Source: an uncultured Chloroflexia bacterium (GTDB taxonomy: Bacteria; Chloroflexota; Anaerolineae; JAAYZQ01). Taken from it: DNA of 64,000 bases. Shown here piece by piece: positions 1 to 10,231 of the stretch. The notes under the pieces are model-generated. The model worked only from the letters and a program-made list of their open reading frames with translations, did not search any database and was not told where the DNA came from. Every line of letters begins with the position of its first letter. The first letter of the stretch is position 1. Position numbers and translations under genes: made by a program. The stretch covers positions 768,001 through 832,000 of the forward strand of contig CAVOXA010000014.1 in the NCBI GenBank assembly GCA_963700285.1. Reading direction: 5' to 3'.

Positions 1-75
1 CACCCGCGATACATCCAGGAGCCGGTAGAAGAGCTGCCGGGTATGGCCCTCATCGGCGGGGTGGGAGAAGAATGA
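1..75 (+). CDS. 3' end of an upstream CDS (partial; possibly replicative helicase by context)
   Basis: Frame 1 reads HPRYIQEPVEELPGMALIGGVGEE*; its TGA overlaps the ATG of the next gene (ATGA). Product is a guess from neighbours only. Confidence 0.3.
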   Translation, partial: HPRYIQEPVEELPGMALIGGVGEE

Positions 76-776
76 AAGGCTTTGCCGGATTTCCGGCCGG
101 AAAACAACCCTATACGCCCTTGCCCAACCTTTTTTTCGCCGAGCTACTGCCCAATATCGACCATCTGGGAGAGCTGAAGGTAACGTTGCACGTCTTTTGG
201 CTCATGCACCAGCAGAAAGGAGACCGGCGCTGCATTAGCGGAGGAGAGTTGGCCACCGACCAGCGCCTGCTTGGCGGGCTTGCCTCACCGCTGCTTTCCG
301 CCAGGGAGGCCCTGCGCGATGCCCTTGAGCGGGCTGTGGCCCGCCGCACGCTGCTGCGCGTCACCACCGGCGAAGAACCAGGCAGGCAGGACTGGTATTT
401 TGTCAACACTGAAAGCGGCCGCCGGGCCGTGGACGATCTGCTTGCCGGAAGGTGGACACCCACCGAAGCGTCCCAACACGTACATTTGCAGGCTCAGCGC
501 CCCAATATCTTTGTGCTCTACGAACAAAATATTGGGGCGCTGACTCCCATCATGGCTGAAGAACTGATGGAGGCAGAGAATGCCTACCCGGCAGAGTGGA
601 TCGAGGATGCTTTTCGTGAGGCCGTGAAATCGAACGTGCGAAAGTGGCGCTATGTGGAGGGCATCCTCAAAGCTTGGGCAACCGAGGGAAAAGGCAATGA
701 AACGTCTCGAAGAACTGATGAGAGAGACCGGCGCCGATTCATCGAAGGCGAATATGCCGACTATATCGAGCACTAG
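72..776 (+). CDS. DnaD-domain replication protein
   Basis: N-terminal 'TPLPNLFF..ELKVTLH' HTH-like region; C-terminal 'IFVLYEQNIGALTP...EAV..N.RKWRYVEGILKAW' DnaD/DnaB_2 signature. Confidence 0.85.
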   Translation: MKGFAGFPAGKQPYTPLPNLFFAELLPNIDHLGELKVTLHVFWLMHQQKGDRRCISGGELATDQRLLGGLASPLLSAREALRDALERAVARRTLLRVTTGEEPGRQDWYFVNTESGRRAVDDLLAGRWTPTEASQHVHLQAQRPNIFVLYEQNIGALTPIMAEELMEAENAYPAEWIEDAFREAVKSNVRKWRYVEGILKAWATEGKGNETSRRTDERDRRRFIEGEYADYIEH

Positions 777-2139
777 CCCAGAGCCAGTTCTGAAGGACGA
801 CGGGCAGGGCAGCGCCGAATGCCCCCTGTGCGGCGGACTGGGCTATGTGCGCGAGGACGTACCCGTTGGCCACCCCAACTTTGGCCGGCTGTTTCCCTGC
901 CACTGCAAGTTGGCTGAGGTCGAGGGCCTTCGGCAGCAACAGTTGCGCGATCTGAGCAACCTCCACCACTTGAGCACTATGACTTTTGATACCTTTGTGC
1001 CCGAGGGTTTCGGTCTGGCTCCAAACCTGGCAGCCAATCTGCATCACGCCTTTGACGAAGCTCAGCGGTTCGCCAACAACCCCGATGGCTGGCTCACCTT
1101 CTTTGGCGGCTACGGCTGTGGCAAGACCCATCTGGCAGCGGCCATCGCCAACCAGGTCATAGAGCATGGCCAGCCGGTTCTGTTTGTCGTCGTACCCGAC
1201 CTGCTCGATCACTTGCGGGCCACCTTTGGGCCGGCGAGCCCCATCGGCTTTGACGAACGTTTCGCCCAGGTCCGGGATGCGCTGCTGCTGATCCTCGATG
1301 ACCTCGGCACCCAGAGCAGCACCGCCTGGGCGCAGGAAAAGCTCTTCCAGATCCTTAACCATCGCTACAATGCCCGCCTACCTACCGTCGTCACCTCTAA
1401 TTCCACGCCCGAGGAGATTGACCTGCGCTTGCGCTCTCGTCTGGTCGACCCGGGGCTGGCCACTTTCGTGACGATGCTGGCGCCTGATTTTCGGCGCAGC
1501 GGCGTGGCCCAGGACCAGTCGGACCTTTCCAGCCTATCGTTGATGGAGGACATGACCTTCGAAAGATTTGATCTTCGCAAAGACGAGCTTCCCCCCGATG
1601 AGCGGGCCAATCTCCAGCGGGCGTTTGAATTATGTCGAGATTATGCCAATCAGCCAGATGGCTGGCTGGTTCTCACGGGTGAGTATGGATGTGGCAAGAC
1701 CCATTTGGCCGCTTCTATCGCCAACGTCCGTGCCGCGGCGGGCCTGCCGGCCCTCTTTGTCGTCGTGCCCGATCTCTTGGATCACCTGAGGGCGACGTTC
1801 AGCCCCCACAGCGACGCGCGCTTTGACAAGCGATTTCACGAGGTGCGTACTTCTCCATTCCTGGTGCTCGACGATCTTGGGACTGAGAGCGCCAGCCCAT
1901 GGGCCCAGGAAAAGCTATATCAGCTTTTCAACCATCGCTACAACGCCCGGCTGCCTACCGTCATCACCATGGCTCAACCCGTAGATGCTGTGGACGCCCG
2001 TCTCCGCACCCGCATGCTGGATGTAGCGCGTTGTACCGTCTTTGGCATCATTGCACCCAGCTATCGGGGCAGCCTGCAGCGCCGGGCCCAGCGCGACAAC
2101 AAGCGCCGCAGCACAGCCCGCGGCCAGCATACCCGGTAG
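697..2139 (+). CDS. DnaC/IstB-like helicase-loader ATPase with Zn-finger and two tandem AAA+ domains
   Basis: CPLCGG..CHC; Walker A GGYGCGKT and GEYGCGKT; Walker B LILDDLG and LVLDDLG. Start 697 has an upstream GAGG; 754 is an alternative. Confidence 0.85.
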   Translation: MKRLEELMRETGADSSKANMPTISSTSPEPVLKDDGQGSAECPLCGGLGYVREDVPVGHPNFGRLFPCHCKLAEVEGLRQQQLRDLSNLHHLSTMTFDTFVPEGFGLAPNLAANLHHAFDEAQRFANNPDGWLTFFGGYGCGKTHLAAAIANQVIEHGQPVLFVVVPDLLDHLRATFGPASPIGFDERFAQVRDALLLILDDLGTQSSTAWAQEKLFQILNHRYNARLPTVVTSNSTPEEIDLRLRSRLVDPGLATFVTMLAPDFRRSGVAQDQSDLSSLSLMEDMTFERFDLRKDELPPDERANLQRAFELCRDYANQPDGWLVLTGEYGCGKTHLAASIANVRAAAGLPALFVVVPDLLDHLRATFSPHSDARFDKRFHEVRTSPFLVLDDLGTESASPWAQEKLYQLFNHRYNARLPTVITMAQPVDAVDARLRTRMLDVARCTVFGIIAPSYRGSLQRRAQRDNKRRSTARGQHTR

Positions 2140-2161
2140 TTCTCAAAACTCTGGAGCCTTT

Positions 2162-4459
2162 GTGACTCACCGCCCACGACGTACCTGGCTGTCGGAAGCG
2201 ATCATCATCGCGGCATTGGTACTCTTGCCGTTGCTCTTCTGGTGGCGGCTGTGGGCGCTCGAGCCGGCCGACCGGGCCGTCATTCCCCCAGGTGATTTCA
2301 CCGACCAGTACTACCCCCTCCAGCTTTTCGCAGCCAGGGAGCTTGCTGCCGGCCGTCTGCCAGCCTGGGACCCATTCATCAACGCCGGGCAACCTGGTCT
2401 GGCCGATATTCAGACTGGATTCTACTACCCACTCAACCTGGTACCGAACTCGATCCTCGCCTTGCTGGGCTTGGAGTTCAGCATCGAGTTTCTTACGGCA
2501 CAGGTCATCCTCCATTTTTCGCTGGCGAGCCTGTTCACATATCTCTTTGTGCGCCATCTGGCCCGGAGGGCTGGGGCGCGGATCCCGGCGGCCAGGTTCG
2601 CCGGCGCGGTCTCGGCACTGACCTTCACCTACGGAGGCTACCTGACTACCTTCCCCGTCCAGCAACTCACCATCCTGGAAGCAGCGATCTGGCTGCCTCT
2701 GATACTACTCTTTCTGGATAGGGCCTTCCTTCACACCAGGCGCCTTCCCGAGATCACCTGCGCCGGATTGGCCTTGGCCTGTGCCTTGCTCGCCGGACAC
2801 CCCCAGACAGCGATGTATATCGTCTATGCAGTCCTCGCCTATGGCCTATTTCTGACCTGGTCTGTACGCCACGCGGAGCACAGGACACCAAAGACCAGAT
2901 CCGTGGAGCGCTCAGCTCTGGGCCAGAGACTCCTCGTCGTTTTTCTCCTGTTGGTTCTTGGCGTCGTACTGGCGGCGGTCCAGCTCGTGCCGACATTGGG
3001 GTTCATTGCCCGTTCCACACGGGCAGGCCTGGAATATGAGGCTGTGGCCTGGGGCTTTCCCCTGGCCGAAATGACACATCTGCTTTATCCCGGATACTTT
3101 GGCGGTTCACCCCAGTATCTCGGTATCCTGCCGATGATTCTGGCGGTAGCGGCGCTGTTTGTCGTACGTGCGCAGCGGGAGGTGATCTTTTGGCTTGGCC
3201 TTGGCGCCCTGGCCCTGCTTCTGGCCTTGGGAGGCAACACATTCCTGTACAGCGTGACCTACCTTCTCGCACCCGGCTTTGGCGCAGTCCGCAACCAGGA
3301 AAGGGTCATTTTCCTCTTTGCCTTTGCCGCCAGTGTCCTCGCCGGCTACGGAGCACTGACGCTGGTGCAACCCTTGCCCCGTCAAAAGCGTAAGGGATTC
3401 TGCCGGTTCACGCGAGGTCTGGTTTGGCTCTTTGTTGCCTTTCTCGCACTAACAGTCCTGTTCTATTTTGGCTATTTGCAGGGTCTGCAGAACGGCGTAG
3501 AGATCAACCTATTCGAGGGACTGCTTCGCCATCACATCCTGCTTCTCCTGATTCTAGGCGGTTCAGCCCTACTCTTTACCCTGCGGCGCACAGGCCGCAT
3601 CCGGCGTAAATGGCTGATAGTCCTGGCTCTGGGGTTAGTCTGGTTGAACCTATTTACGATCAACTGGCGATTCAATCTAGCCGATCCGACCGCGAGTACC
3701 CCCTACCCTGAAACAGGGATCACCGCCTACCTCAAGGAGGAGCCAGGTACTTTTCGGATTTCGAGCGCGGGGTTGCTGCCCGGAGGGGCCAGCGCTGGCA
3801 TCGTCTACGAGCTGGAAGACATTACTGGCAATACGCCTCTGAGCCTGAATGCCTTTCAGCAATTTGAAGAAAGGGTCGAGAGTTGGCGTCGCTGGCAACT
3901 GCTCAACGTACACTATGTACTGTCCCGAAAGGCACTGGATGGGCCGGGGCTAGAGCGCGTGTACGGCGAGGGCGGGATCAGAGTCTACCGAATTGGCGAT
4001 CCATTGCCCCGTGCCTGGGTAGTATACGAAACAGTTCTGGGGGATGACGATCAAGCCATCGAACTGATCAATTCAGAGGGCTTTGATCCAAAGAGTATTG
4101 CGATTCTGCTGCCCGAGGACGAGGAGTTGATGCTCTCTGCTGGCGGTAGTTCGGGTACGGCAGCCGAGGTGGTCCACGCTGAGCCGGGCAAACTCAGCCT
4201 CAAAGTGTCATCGAGTGATGCGGGAGTATTGGTTGTAAGCCAGCCCTTCTATCCTGGCTGGCAAGCCAGCGTAGATGGTGAAGCCGTGACCATACATCGC
4301 GTGGATGCTATGTTGCAGGGAATTCCGCTCAAAGCAGGCCCCCACCAGGTTGAGCTTTGGTACCGCATATCACCCCTTCCGGCTATCCTGACTCTCGCTG
4401 TTCTGGTTGTCTGTGTCGCGATTCTGGTACTCATGATGCGCCGCACCCAACAGACCTGA
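2162..4459 (+). CDS. YfhO-family multi-pass membrane protein (putative GT-C glycosyltransferase)
   Basis: 'GD...QYYP','PAWDP..NAGQP.LAD.Q.G.YYPLN','LLAGHPQ', C-terminal 'YPGWQA.VDG'; GTG start after GGAG. Confidence 0.8.
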   Translation: MTHRPRRTWLSEAIIIAALVLLPLLFWWRLWALEPADRAVIPPGDFTDQYYPLQLFAARELAAGRLPAWDPFINAGQPGLADIQTGFYYPLNLVPNSILALLGLEFSIEFLTAQVILHFSLASLFTYLFVRHLARRAGARIPAARFAGAVSALTFTYGGYLTTFPVQQLTILEAAIWLPLILLFLDRAFLHTRRLPEITCAGLALACALLAGHPQTAMYIVYAVLAYGLFLTWSVRHAEHRTPKTRSVERSALGQRLLVVFLLLVLGVVLAAVQLVPTLGFIARSTRAGLEYEAVAWGFPLAEMTHLLYPGYFGGSPQYLGILPMILAVAALFVVRAQREVIFWLGLGALALLLALGGNTFLYSVTYLLAPGFGAVRNQERVIFLFAFAASVLAGYGALTLVQPLPRQKRKGFCRFTRGLVWLFVAFLALTVLFYFGYLQGLQNGVEINLFEGLLRHHILLLLILGGSALLFTLRRTGRIRRKWLIVLALGLVWLNLFTINWRFNLADPTASTPYPETGITAYLKEEPGTFRISSAGLLPGGASAGIVYELEDITGNTPLSLNAFQQFEERVESWRRWQLLNVHYVLSRKALDGPGLERVYGEGGIRVYRIGDPLPRAWVVYETVLGDDDQAIELINSEGFDPKSIAILLPEDEELMLSAGGSSGTAAEVVHAEPGKLSLKVSSSDAGVLVVSQPFYPGWQASVDGEAVTIHRVDAMLQGIPLKAGPHQVELWYRISPLPAILTLAVLVVCVAILVLMMRRTQQT

Positions 4460-4719
4460 GCCCGGTCGCTTACACATGGAGCACCACTCCGCAGTGTCCA
4501 GGGAAGCGAATCTCCCGGGAGATCAAGTTTCAATGACCGCTGCCCCCTGCCGACGAACTTTGCTCATGACCAAGAGCCTGTACGCAGCAAAGGTCCGGGC
4601 TTGATTCGCCCCCTGAGCAGGCGCCAGTCTCGGACGTACAGGACACCCAACCTTTTGCCAAGCCTACTCTTTGTAGCTACAATGGGCAACATTCGCCAGC
4701 ACAATACACAGGAAAGCCT

Positions 4720-5973
4720 ATGAACGACAACAAGACCGGCATATTCACGGTCTTGAAGAATCGTGATTTTTTGGCTCTATGGCTGAGCCAGCTCATCTCC
4801 AAGATTGGCGACAACTTTGCCATTGTCGCAGCCTTGGTACTCATCAACGACCTGGCCCAGCGGACGGGCTTAGCCGTGGTTGTCATCGCTGCGGCAATGA
4901 CCATCCCCCAACTCTTTGCATTGGTCAGTGGCGTCTTCTTGGACCGTTTCAGCCGCAAGGCAGTGATGGTCGCCAGCGATCTGCTGCGAGCGGCCGTCAT
5001 TCTTCTGGTCCTATTGGTACACGAACCAAGCCAGCTCTACATCCTCTACCTGTCTGCCTTCGTTGTCATGGGTTTGAGCGCGGTCTATGTTCCGGCACGA
5101 AATGCGTCCATACCCAACTTGGTACCCGACGATCAACTGCTGACGGCCAACGCCCTGATCCAGGCCACGGAACTGGTATCGCTCATCGCCGGCGCCTCAC
5201 TGGCAACGCTGGTAATCAGTCTGACCTCTACCTACACGGCCTTTGTGGTGGACTCGTTCACATTCGCCCTTTCTGCCGTGTTCCTGATGGCGGCGCACAT
5301 TCCACAGGGCCAGTCCTCCGTGGCATCTGCCGGAGCAGGTGGGGAATTCCGCACTTTTTGGGATGGCTTTACGGACGGCGTGCGTTACATTGCCAGCAAC
5401 AAGCCCCTACTGCAGCTCATGGGCATTACGACCGTGGCCACCCTGGGCCTCAGTGCTACCGTTCTCCTTGCGGCCGCGTATTTCGAGCAGTTGCTGGGGA
5501 TATCGGCAGAGTATATTGGCCTCCTGCAGGCCACGGAGGGAATCGGGATGGCGTTGGGCGCCGTGCTGATCAGCGCCTATGCTTCATGGGCTCGCTCCCG
5601 GCAGATCGTCAGTGTTGCTATGATGATCTTGGGCTGCACTATCCTGCTATTCGCCGTGGCTCCGGCCTACTGGCTGGTGCTCATCGGGGCACTTGTCGTG
5701 GGGCTGTGTGTCGTATCGGCGCGGACCACCCTGGCCGCGATGACACAGGCGCTGGTACCCGATTCGCAACGCGGCCGGGTCGAGGGGGCGATGGTCACCG
5801 TAATCGGCATTGGAACAATGGGCGCCCTCATGATGGCAGGCATTCTGGGCGATATGGTTGGTCCCACCAGCGTTTTCGTCTTTACGGGCATCGTCGTGCT
5901 ACTGGCCGGCGTAGCTTCTGTCTTTTCCCTGCGCGAGGCAGAACAGCGTCTCATCAATGGGGGAAATGGCTAG
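4720..5973 (+). CDS. MFS transporter (MefA/EntS-like H+ antiporter type)
   Basis: About 12 hydrophobic segments; motif A 'GVFLDRFSRK'; 'NRDFLALWLSQLIS.IGD'. Confidence 0.85.
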   Translation: MNDNKTGIFTVLKNRDFLALWLSQLISKIGDNFAIVAALVLINDLAQRTGLAVVVIAAAMTIPQLFALVSGVFLDRFSRKAVMVASDLLRAAVILLVLLVHEPSQLYILYLSAFVVMGLSAVYVPARNASIPNLVPDDQLLTANALIQATELVSLIAGASLATLVISLTSTYTAFVVDSFTFALSAVFLMAAHIPQGQSSVASAGAGGEFRTFWDGFTDGVRYIASNKPLLQLMGITTVATLGLSATVLLAAAYFEQLLGISAEYIGLLQATEGIGMALGAVLISAYASWARSRQIVSVAMMILGCTILLFAVAPAYWLVLIGALVVGLCVVSARTTLAAMTQALVPDSQRGRVEGAMVTVIGIGTMGALMMAGILGDMVGPTSVFVFTGIVVLLAGVASVFSLREAEQRLINGGNG

Positions 5974-6215
5974 CCTTCACCGCCAGCTGACAAACGACAG
6001 ACTAGGGCAGATGCGAGCCAGTATCGCATGCACACCGAGGCTCCCATCCAGCGCCAAGGTCAGGTACCACGGTCGAAGCTGAAAGAGGCCGAACGAGGCC
6101 CCATAAACATGCAGGACGGCCATCTGGTTGCCTGCGCTGCGGGCACACAGTCGGACAGTCCGGGCGCGTCCAACAGAACCAAGGTCCATCGGGTAGGAGA
6201 GGAACGAGGCTGGCG

Positions 6216-6947
6216 ATGAACGCCAAGAACAGGCGCTATGACGCCGTGCTGTTCGACCTGGGGTATACGCTCATCTACTTTGAGCCACCTCAGGAAGCTA
6301 TCGTCCAAGCAGCCCTGCAGGCCATTGGGGCAGAACGGTCTATTGAACAGATCGCTGCCGCGGCGGAACTGGTCTGGGGCGACTATTACCGTGACGCTCA
6401 AACGGCCACCTTCCCAGCCAGCGAGGAGTATGACCGCCGGACCCAGGCCAGCCTCGAAGGGGCACTTTTGGCCAGCCTCGGCGTGGAGGGCGATGCGGAT
6501 GCCCTGCAAGCCTACACGGATGCCATCGAAGCACAGTTCGACCGCCCCGGTGTGATCCGTCCCTATCCCGAGGCAGTCGAGGTCCTTGCCGCCTTACAGG
6601 AGCAGGCCTACCGGCTGGGCATCGTCTCCAATTGGAGCTGGAACCTCAGAGACCGGGTCGCCCAAGCAGGGCTGGATCGGTTCTTCGAGTTGATCTGGGC
6701 CTCAGCCTATGCCGGCTGCAACAAGCCCCATCCCGGGATCTTTGACCAGGCGCTGGCCCGCATGGAAATCCCTGCCCATCGCGCTCTGTATGTGGGCGAT
6801 AGCTACCGGCATGATGTTGTCGGCGCCAGGCACGCGGGCCTGGACGTGGTGCTGTTGGATCGAGAAGGCACCGCTAGGATCCAAGACTGTCCGATAATCC
6901 GCGATCTTGGGGGTGTCCTGGCAATGCTGGAGAAGCATCTCACCTGA
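6216..6947 (+). CDS. HAD-superfamily hydrolase (subfamily IA)
   Basis: Motifs FDLGYTL, IVSNW, KPHPGIF, YVGDS..HD. Confidence 0.9.
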   Translation: MNAKNRRYDAVLFDLGYTLIYFEPPQEAIVQAALQAIGAERSIEQIAAAAELVWGDYYRDAQTATFPASEEYDRRTQASLEGALLASLGVEGDADALQAYTDAIEAQFDRPGVIRPYPEAVEVLAALQEQAYRLGIVSNWSWNLRDRVAQAGLDRFFELIWASAYAGCNKPHPGIFDQALARMEIPAHRALYVGDSYRHDVVGARHAGLDVVLLDREGTARIQDCPIIRDLGGVLAMLEKHLT

Positions 6948-6996
6948 CCGCCTCCCAGGGCCACGGTAAGGCACCCAAACTAGGAGCAACGGCTAT

Positions 6997-7025
6997 TTGA
7001 CTTGCGGCTCCTTTTGGACTATAAT
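6997..7025 (+). promoter_or_regulatory. sigma70-type promoter of tRNA-Gly
   Basis: TTGACT-N17-TATAAT. Confidence 0.85.
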
Positions 7026-7037
7026 TCCGATAGCCTT

Positions 7038-7109
7038 GCGGGTGTGACGCAGTGGTAGCGTATCTGCTTCCCAAGCAGACTGTCAGGGGTTCGAATCCCC
7101 TCACCCGCT
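7038..7109 (+). tRNA. tRNA-Gly (CCC)
   Basis: Acceptor GCGGGTG/CACCCGC; anticodon arm TCTGC-TTCCCAA-GCAGA; T loop GGTTCGAATCC; CCA not encoded. Confidence 0.95.
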
Positions 7110-7120
7110 CTGATGGATAG

Positions 7121-7148
7121 GGGCTCCCTGAGACGGGAGCCCTTTTCT
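7121..7148 (+). terminator. Intrinsic terminator after tRNA-Gly
   Basis: GGGCTCCC-tgagac-GGGAGCCC followed by TTTTCT. Confidence 0.8.
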
Positions 7149-7315
7149 GTCGAGTTCTGACCGGGTCAATTGCTGTCTTTGAAAAGATGTACAGAGAGCA
7201 CAGATGGGAGAAAGCCTATTGGCCATCGTGTCCTTGCACGTCTGAGCCTTGGCCCAACAGTCCTACTCTTCACTCTTGGTAGCGGCAAACTGCGATCGTG
7301 GCAACAACAATCTTC

Positions 7316-7344
7316 TTGACTCCCCCTCGAGACCGTGTTACAAT
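7316..7344 (+). promoter_or_regulatory. sigma70-type promoter of Crp/Fnr gene (near-leaderless)
   Basis: TTGACT-N17-TACAAT, 9 nt before the ATG at 7354. Confidence 0.65.
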
Positions 7345-7353
7345 CCCTGCATC

Positions 7354-8043
7354 ATGAACGATGCTGACCTGCTGGCCACGAGCGCTCTGTTCTCCCCATT
7401 GTCTGACGAGGAACGCTGGCAAGTGGGAAAGCGTTTCGCGCGGCACAGCTATGATAGAGACAGCTATCTCTTCTTTGAAGGCGATCCTGCCGAGTGGCTT
7501 GTCTACGTCATCGAGGGCCGGGTCAAGATGATCAAACACTCTGAAAGCGGGCGCGAGACCATCTTGGCCGCCTTCGGTCCGGGCCAGATTGTCGGTGAGG
7601 TAGGCGTGCTCGTGGGCGACACCTATCCAGCTACGGCCCAGGCCCTGGAGCCGACGGTTACCCTCAACCTTCGCCGCGCAGAGTATGTTGATTTGATTCG
7701 CAACCATCCTGACCTGGCCTGGGCGCTGATCGCCGAGTTGGGCCGCCGGCTGCAACGCGCCCACGAGACGATTCGGAGCCTGGCCGTGGAAAAGGTACAG
7801 AGGCGGGTGGCCCGCGTACTGTTGCGCATGGCCTCCGCCTCAGGGGAGCGCCTGGAAGGCGGCGCCGTGCGGATCACCGCTCCCCTCAGCCGCCAGGACA
7901 TTGCCGACATGGCCGGAACCGTCCTCGAGACAGCGATCCGCACCCTGAGCAAATTTCAGAAACAGGGCTTGATCGAGACCACACAGGGCCGGATCATCCT
8001 CCTCAAACCGCACCAACTGGTGGCCATTGCCGAGGAGCTGTGA
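7354..8043 (+). CDS. Crp/Fnr-family transcriptional regulator
   Basis: cNMP-binding fold ('EGD','G.VK','GPG..VGE'); HTH 'LSRQDIADMAGTVLETAIRTLS'. Confidence 0.92.
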   Translation: MNDADLLATSALFSPLSDEERWQVGKRFARHSYDRDSYLFFEGDPAEWLVYVIEGRVKMIKHSESGRETILAAFGPGQIVGEVGVLVGDTYPATAQALEPTVTLNLRRAEYVDLIRNHPDLAWALIAELGRRLQRAHETIRSLAVEKVQRRVARVLLRMASASGERLEGGAVRITAPLSRQDIADMAGTVLETAIRTLSKFQKQGLIETTQGRIILLKPHQLVAIAEEL

Positions 8044-8181
8044 ATGCGAGAGTGCGCCGATGTACTCTTTTCTCTCGCGGTGGTCCATCTGTAGAGGGTG
8101 GCCGGCTTCTTCTTCGTCAGTCAGGAGCTACGATGCAGAACTCCTGGGCGCAACTGCTCCCCCTGCTTTCGCCGGGTACTT

Positions 8182-8811
8182 TTACAATTCCGTGATTTTG
8201 CGCACAGGTTGTCTGAGGATGGTTTTGAGCTTCTCAGGCGCTACCTTGCGCGGGTCGCTCAGATAGATCTCGTGATGCTTGCCCTGCATCTCGTAGCCGT
8301 TTTTGGGAATGAACTCGGCGTGCATCCTGTGCAGTACCGGCCCTTCGTCCTCGTAGGAGCCGATGTGCAGGATCTGAGCCGCGAGGCCTTCGTGATACGT
8401 CTCCAGCCGGAGTTTGGGTAGAGCACGCAGCTTTTTCTGTTTTCCCACCAACTCGGCTACATCAGCCACCATCTGGACCACGATCCAATCGGGCTGCATG
8501 ATCATCATGGTCCAGTCCCAGGCACTCTTGTCGCGCTGGTTGGCAAAGGTCTCCATGTCCTCCGCCCACCACAGGCCCTCCAATGGTGGAACAACATAGT
8601 CTCTATCCATCTCTTTCTTGCTCATGAACTTGAGCTTGTAGGCCACAGCGTACAAGGCCTCCAGGGCATCCTGGTATTCCTGCGCGGTATTGGGGTCGCC
8701 GTGGCCGTCAACCATGAGAAAATGCAGCGGCGGCACCTCAACCACAGAGAAGGCTCTGGCTGAAGGCCGGTACAAGTACTGAAACTCCACCTTCAAGTCA
8801 ACCTTGGACAT
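8182..8811 (-). CDS. GyrI-like small-molecule-binding domain protein
   Basis: 'FLMVDGHGDPN','PPLEGLWW','W.WT.MI.QPD','LHIGSY..E','HHEIYLSDPR'. Confidence 0.85.
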   Translation of the reverse strand: MSKVDLKVEFQYLYRPSARAFSVVEVPPLHFLMVDGHGDPNTAQEYQDALEALYAVAYKLKFMSKKEMDRDYVVPPLEGLWWAEDMETFANQRDKSAWDWTMMIMQPDWIVVQMVADVAELVGKQKKLRALPKLRLETYHEGLAAQILHIGSYEDEGPVLHRMHAEFIPKNGYEMQGKHHEIYLSDPRKVAPEKLKTILRQPVRKITEL

Positions 8812-9022
8812 CTTGGACCTCCATTTCGCTGAGAAAGCCCGTGACCCACGATGGCTCAGCCTCGATCATCGTGCAGAGATCATCTGCTCCGTGCCCGGCC
8901 GGAATGGATAGTGAGCATCATCGAAAGCATCAAGAACATGCAGATATCCTGAGCGTAGTTCGTCTCTGTTGGCCAATGCACCACCCAAGCAGATCACTGA
9001 GATAGACCCGCAACAGGCACAT

Positions 9023-9892
9023 TCAGGCACTCACCCAACTCGCAGTATATTCTGTCAGATCATCCGGTTTGGTGATGGCAGGTTCATCGACTTGCCATCT
9101 ACCGGTCAGGCCCAGTTCCCCAGCGGTCAGCTCAAAATGGCTCATGGCAATGCCCATGTCGATGCGCTGCATGTCGGCAATTCGAACGAACCGTGAGAGC
9201 CCTCCCTCACCGTAACCTGCCGTCCGCTGCAGGTAAAAGTGCCAGGCCGCGCCATCCCGGATGATGCGCCAGGGTTGCCGGTTGGAAGCTGAGGGGGCCA
9301 GCCGGACCATCTCCAGCGGGGTTGCATACGCTCCCGCCTCTTCGGCCGATAAGGATACACCGAACTCTGCGCCAAAGAACAGCCTGTCCCATGCCAGGCG
9401 AGCGTTGGAGCCCGCACCCCGTCGGATCATCCCATCCAATCTACGTGGCTTCTCGGCGATGTAGCCCAACGAGACAACAGCCGGCACCGACTCGCCGTCG
9501 CTGATTTTGATCTTTTTGGCGAATCGACTCTTGTTGAAAGTACCTCCCAGCCAGCAGGTTCCGAGGTCCAGATCGGTGGCGCGTAAGATGATGCATTCCA
9601 TACGATAGCCAAAGTCCTCAAGATCATGAGCGCCACCAGCAACGGCGCCAATGATGAAACCGGTGGCTCCGCGGATGAAACCGTAGGTACCCAGGCCCCG
9701 CAAGGCTTCGCGATCCTCTTCTGTCGCAGCAGCCAGCTCGAACCGTGGTCGCGTGCCGAAAGGTCCAGGGCCTCGAGAGGCAACAAGTTCCTCGAGTTTC
9801 AGCCGGAGATCCTGTTCGATGGGCTGCTCGCGGTAGCTTCTGCAGGAGAAGCGGTTCCTGACTAGATCGCTAATGGGCTGGTTGTACGCCAT
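9023..9892 (-). CDS. Nitroreductase-family protein
   Basis: 'R.SCRSY','LGTCWLGG','LAPSASNRQPW','DMGIAM.HF'. Confidence 0.85.
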   Translation of the reverse strand: MAYNQPISDLVRNRFSCRSYREQPIEQDLRLKLEELVASRGPGPFGTRPRFELAAATEEDREALRGLGTYGFIRGATGFIIGAVAGGAHDLEDFGYRMECIILRATDLDLGTCWLGGTFNKSRFAKKIKISDGESVPAVVSLGYIAEKPRRLDGMIRRGAGSNARLAWDRLFFGAEFGVSLSAEEAGAYATPLEMVRLAPSASNRQPWRIIRDGAAWHFYLQRTAGYGEGGLSRFVRIADMQRIDMGIAMSHFELTAGELGLTGRWQVDEPAITKPDDLTEYTASWVSA

Positions 9893-10231
9893 AAAAGTCC
9901 TCTCTTCTCGGCGATGATCTCGACGAGCTGCCTACGCAGCGCCTGGTACTGCCCAAAGACGGCGTAATCGGCTTCCGTGAGGCTGTGCACGCGCTCGACC
10001 TCTATACCGGCTGGCGGAAGCCAGAAGCGTAGGGTATGAGGGCATTGTACCATCATTTTCTTGACCTGGGCAAGCGAACGAGCATCAGCCAACCAACAGA
10101 AGGCCGATCCAGATGCTGGCAAGGTGGAAACAAAGGTCCGCCAGCACCGATTGCTCAGCGCTGGCGGGGCCCTGTATCCGACCATCCTGCCCCGCTTTGG
10201 CATGGGCCAAGGCGTATCGTATCGAGCAACC

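Noticed and set aside
697-2139. IS21 element (IstB)
   Set aside because: No IstA transposase or terminal repeats; dnaD context indicates a replication loader
7083-7103. TCAGGGGTTCGAATCCCCTCA shared by tRNA-Gly and both tRNA-Ala, considered as att sites of an island
   Set aside because: All copies lie in complete tRNAs (T-arm conservation), in opposite orientation, with no integrase and core genes between
9862-10203. 113-aa minus-strand ORF between hemerythrin and nitroreductase
   Set aside because: No recognisable family or RBS; might be a gene remnant but cannot be supported
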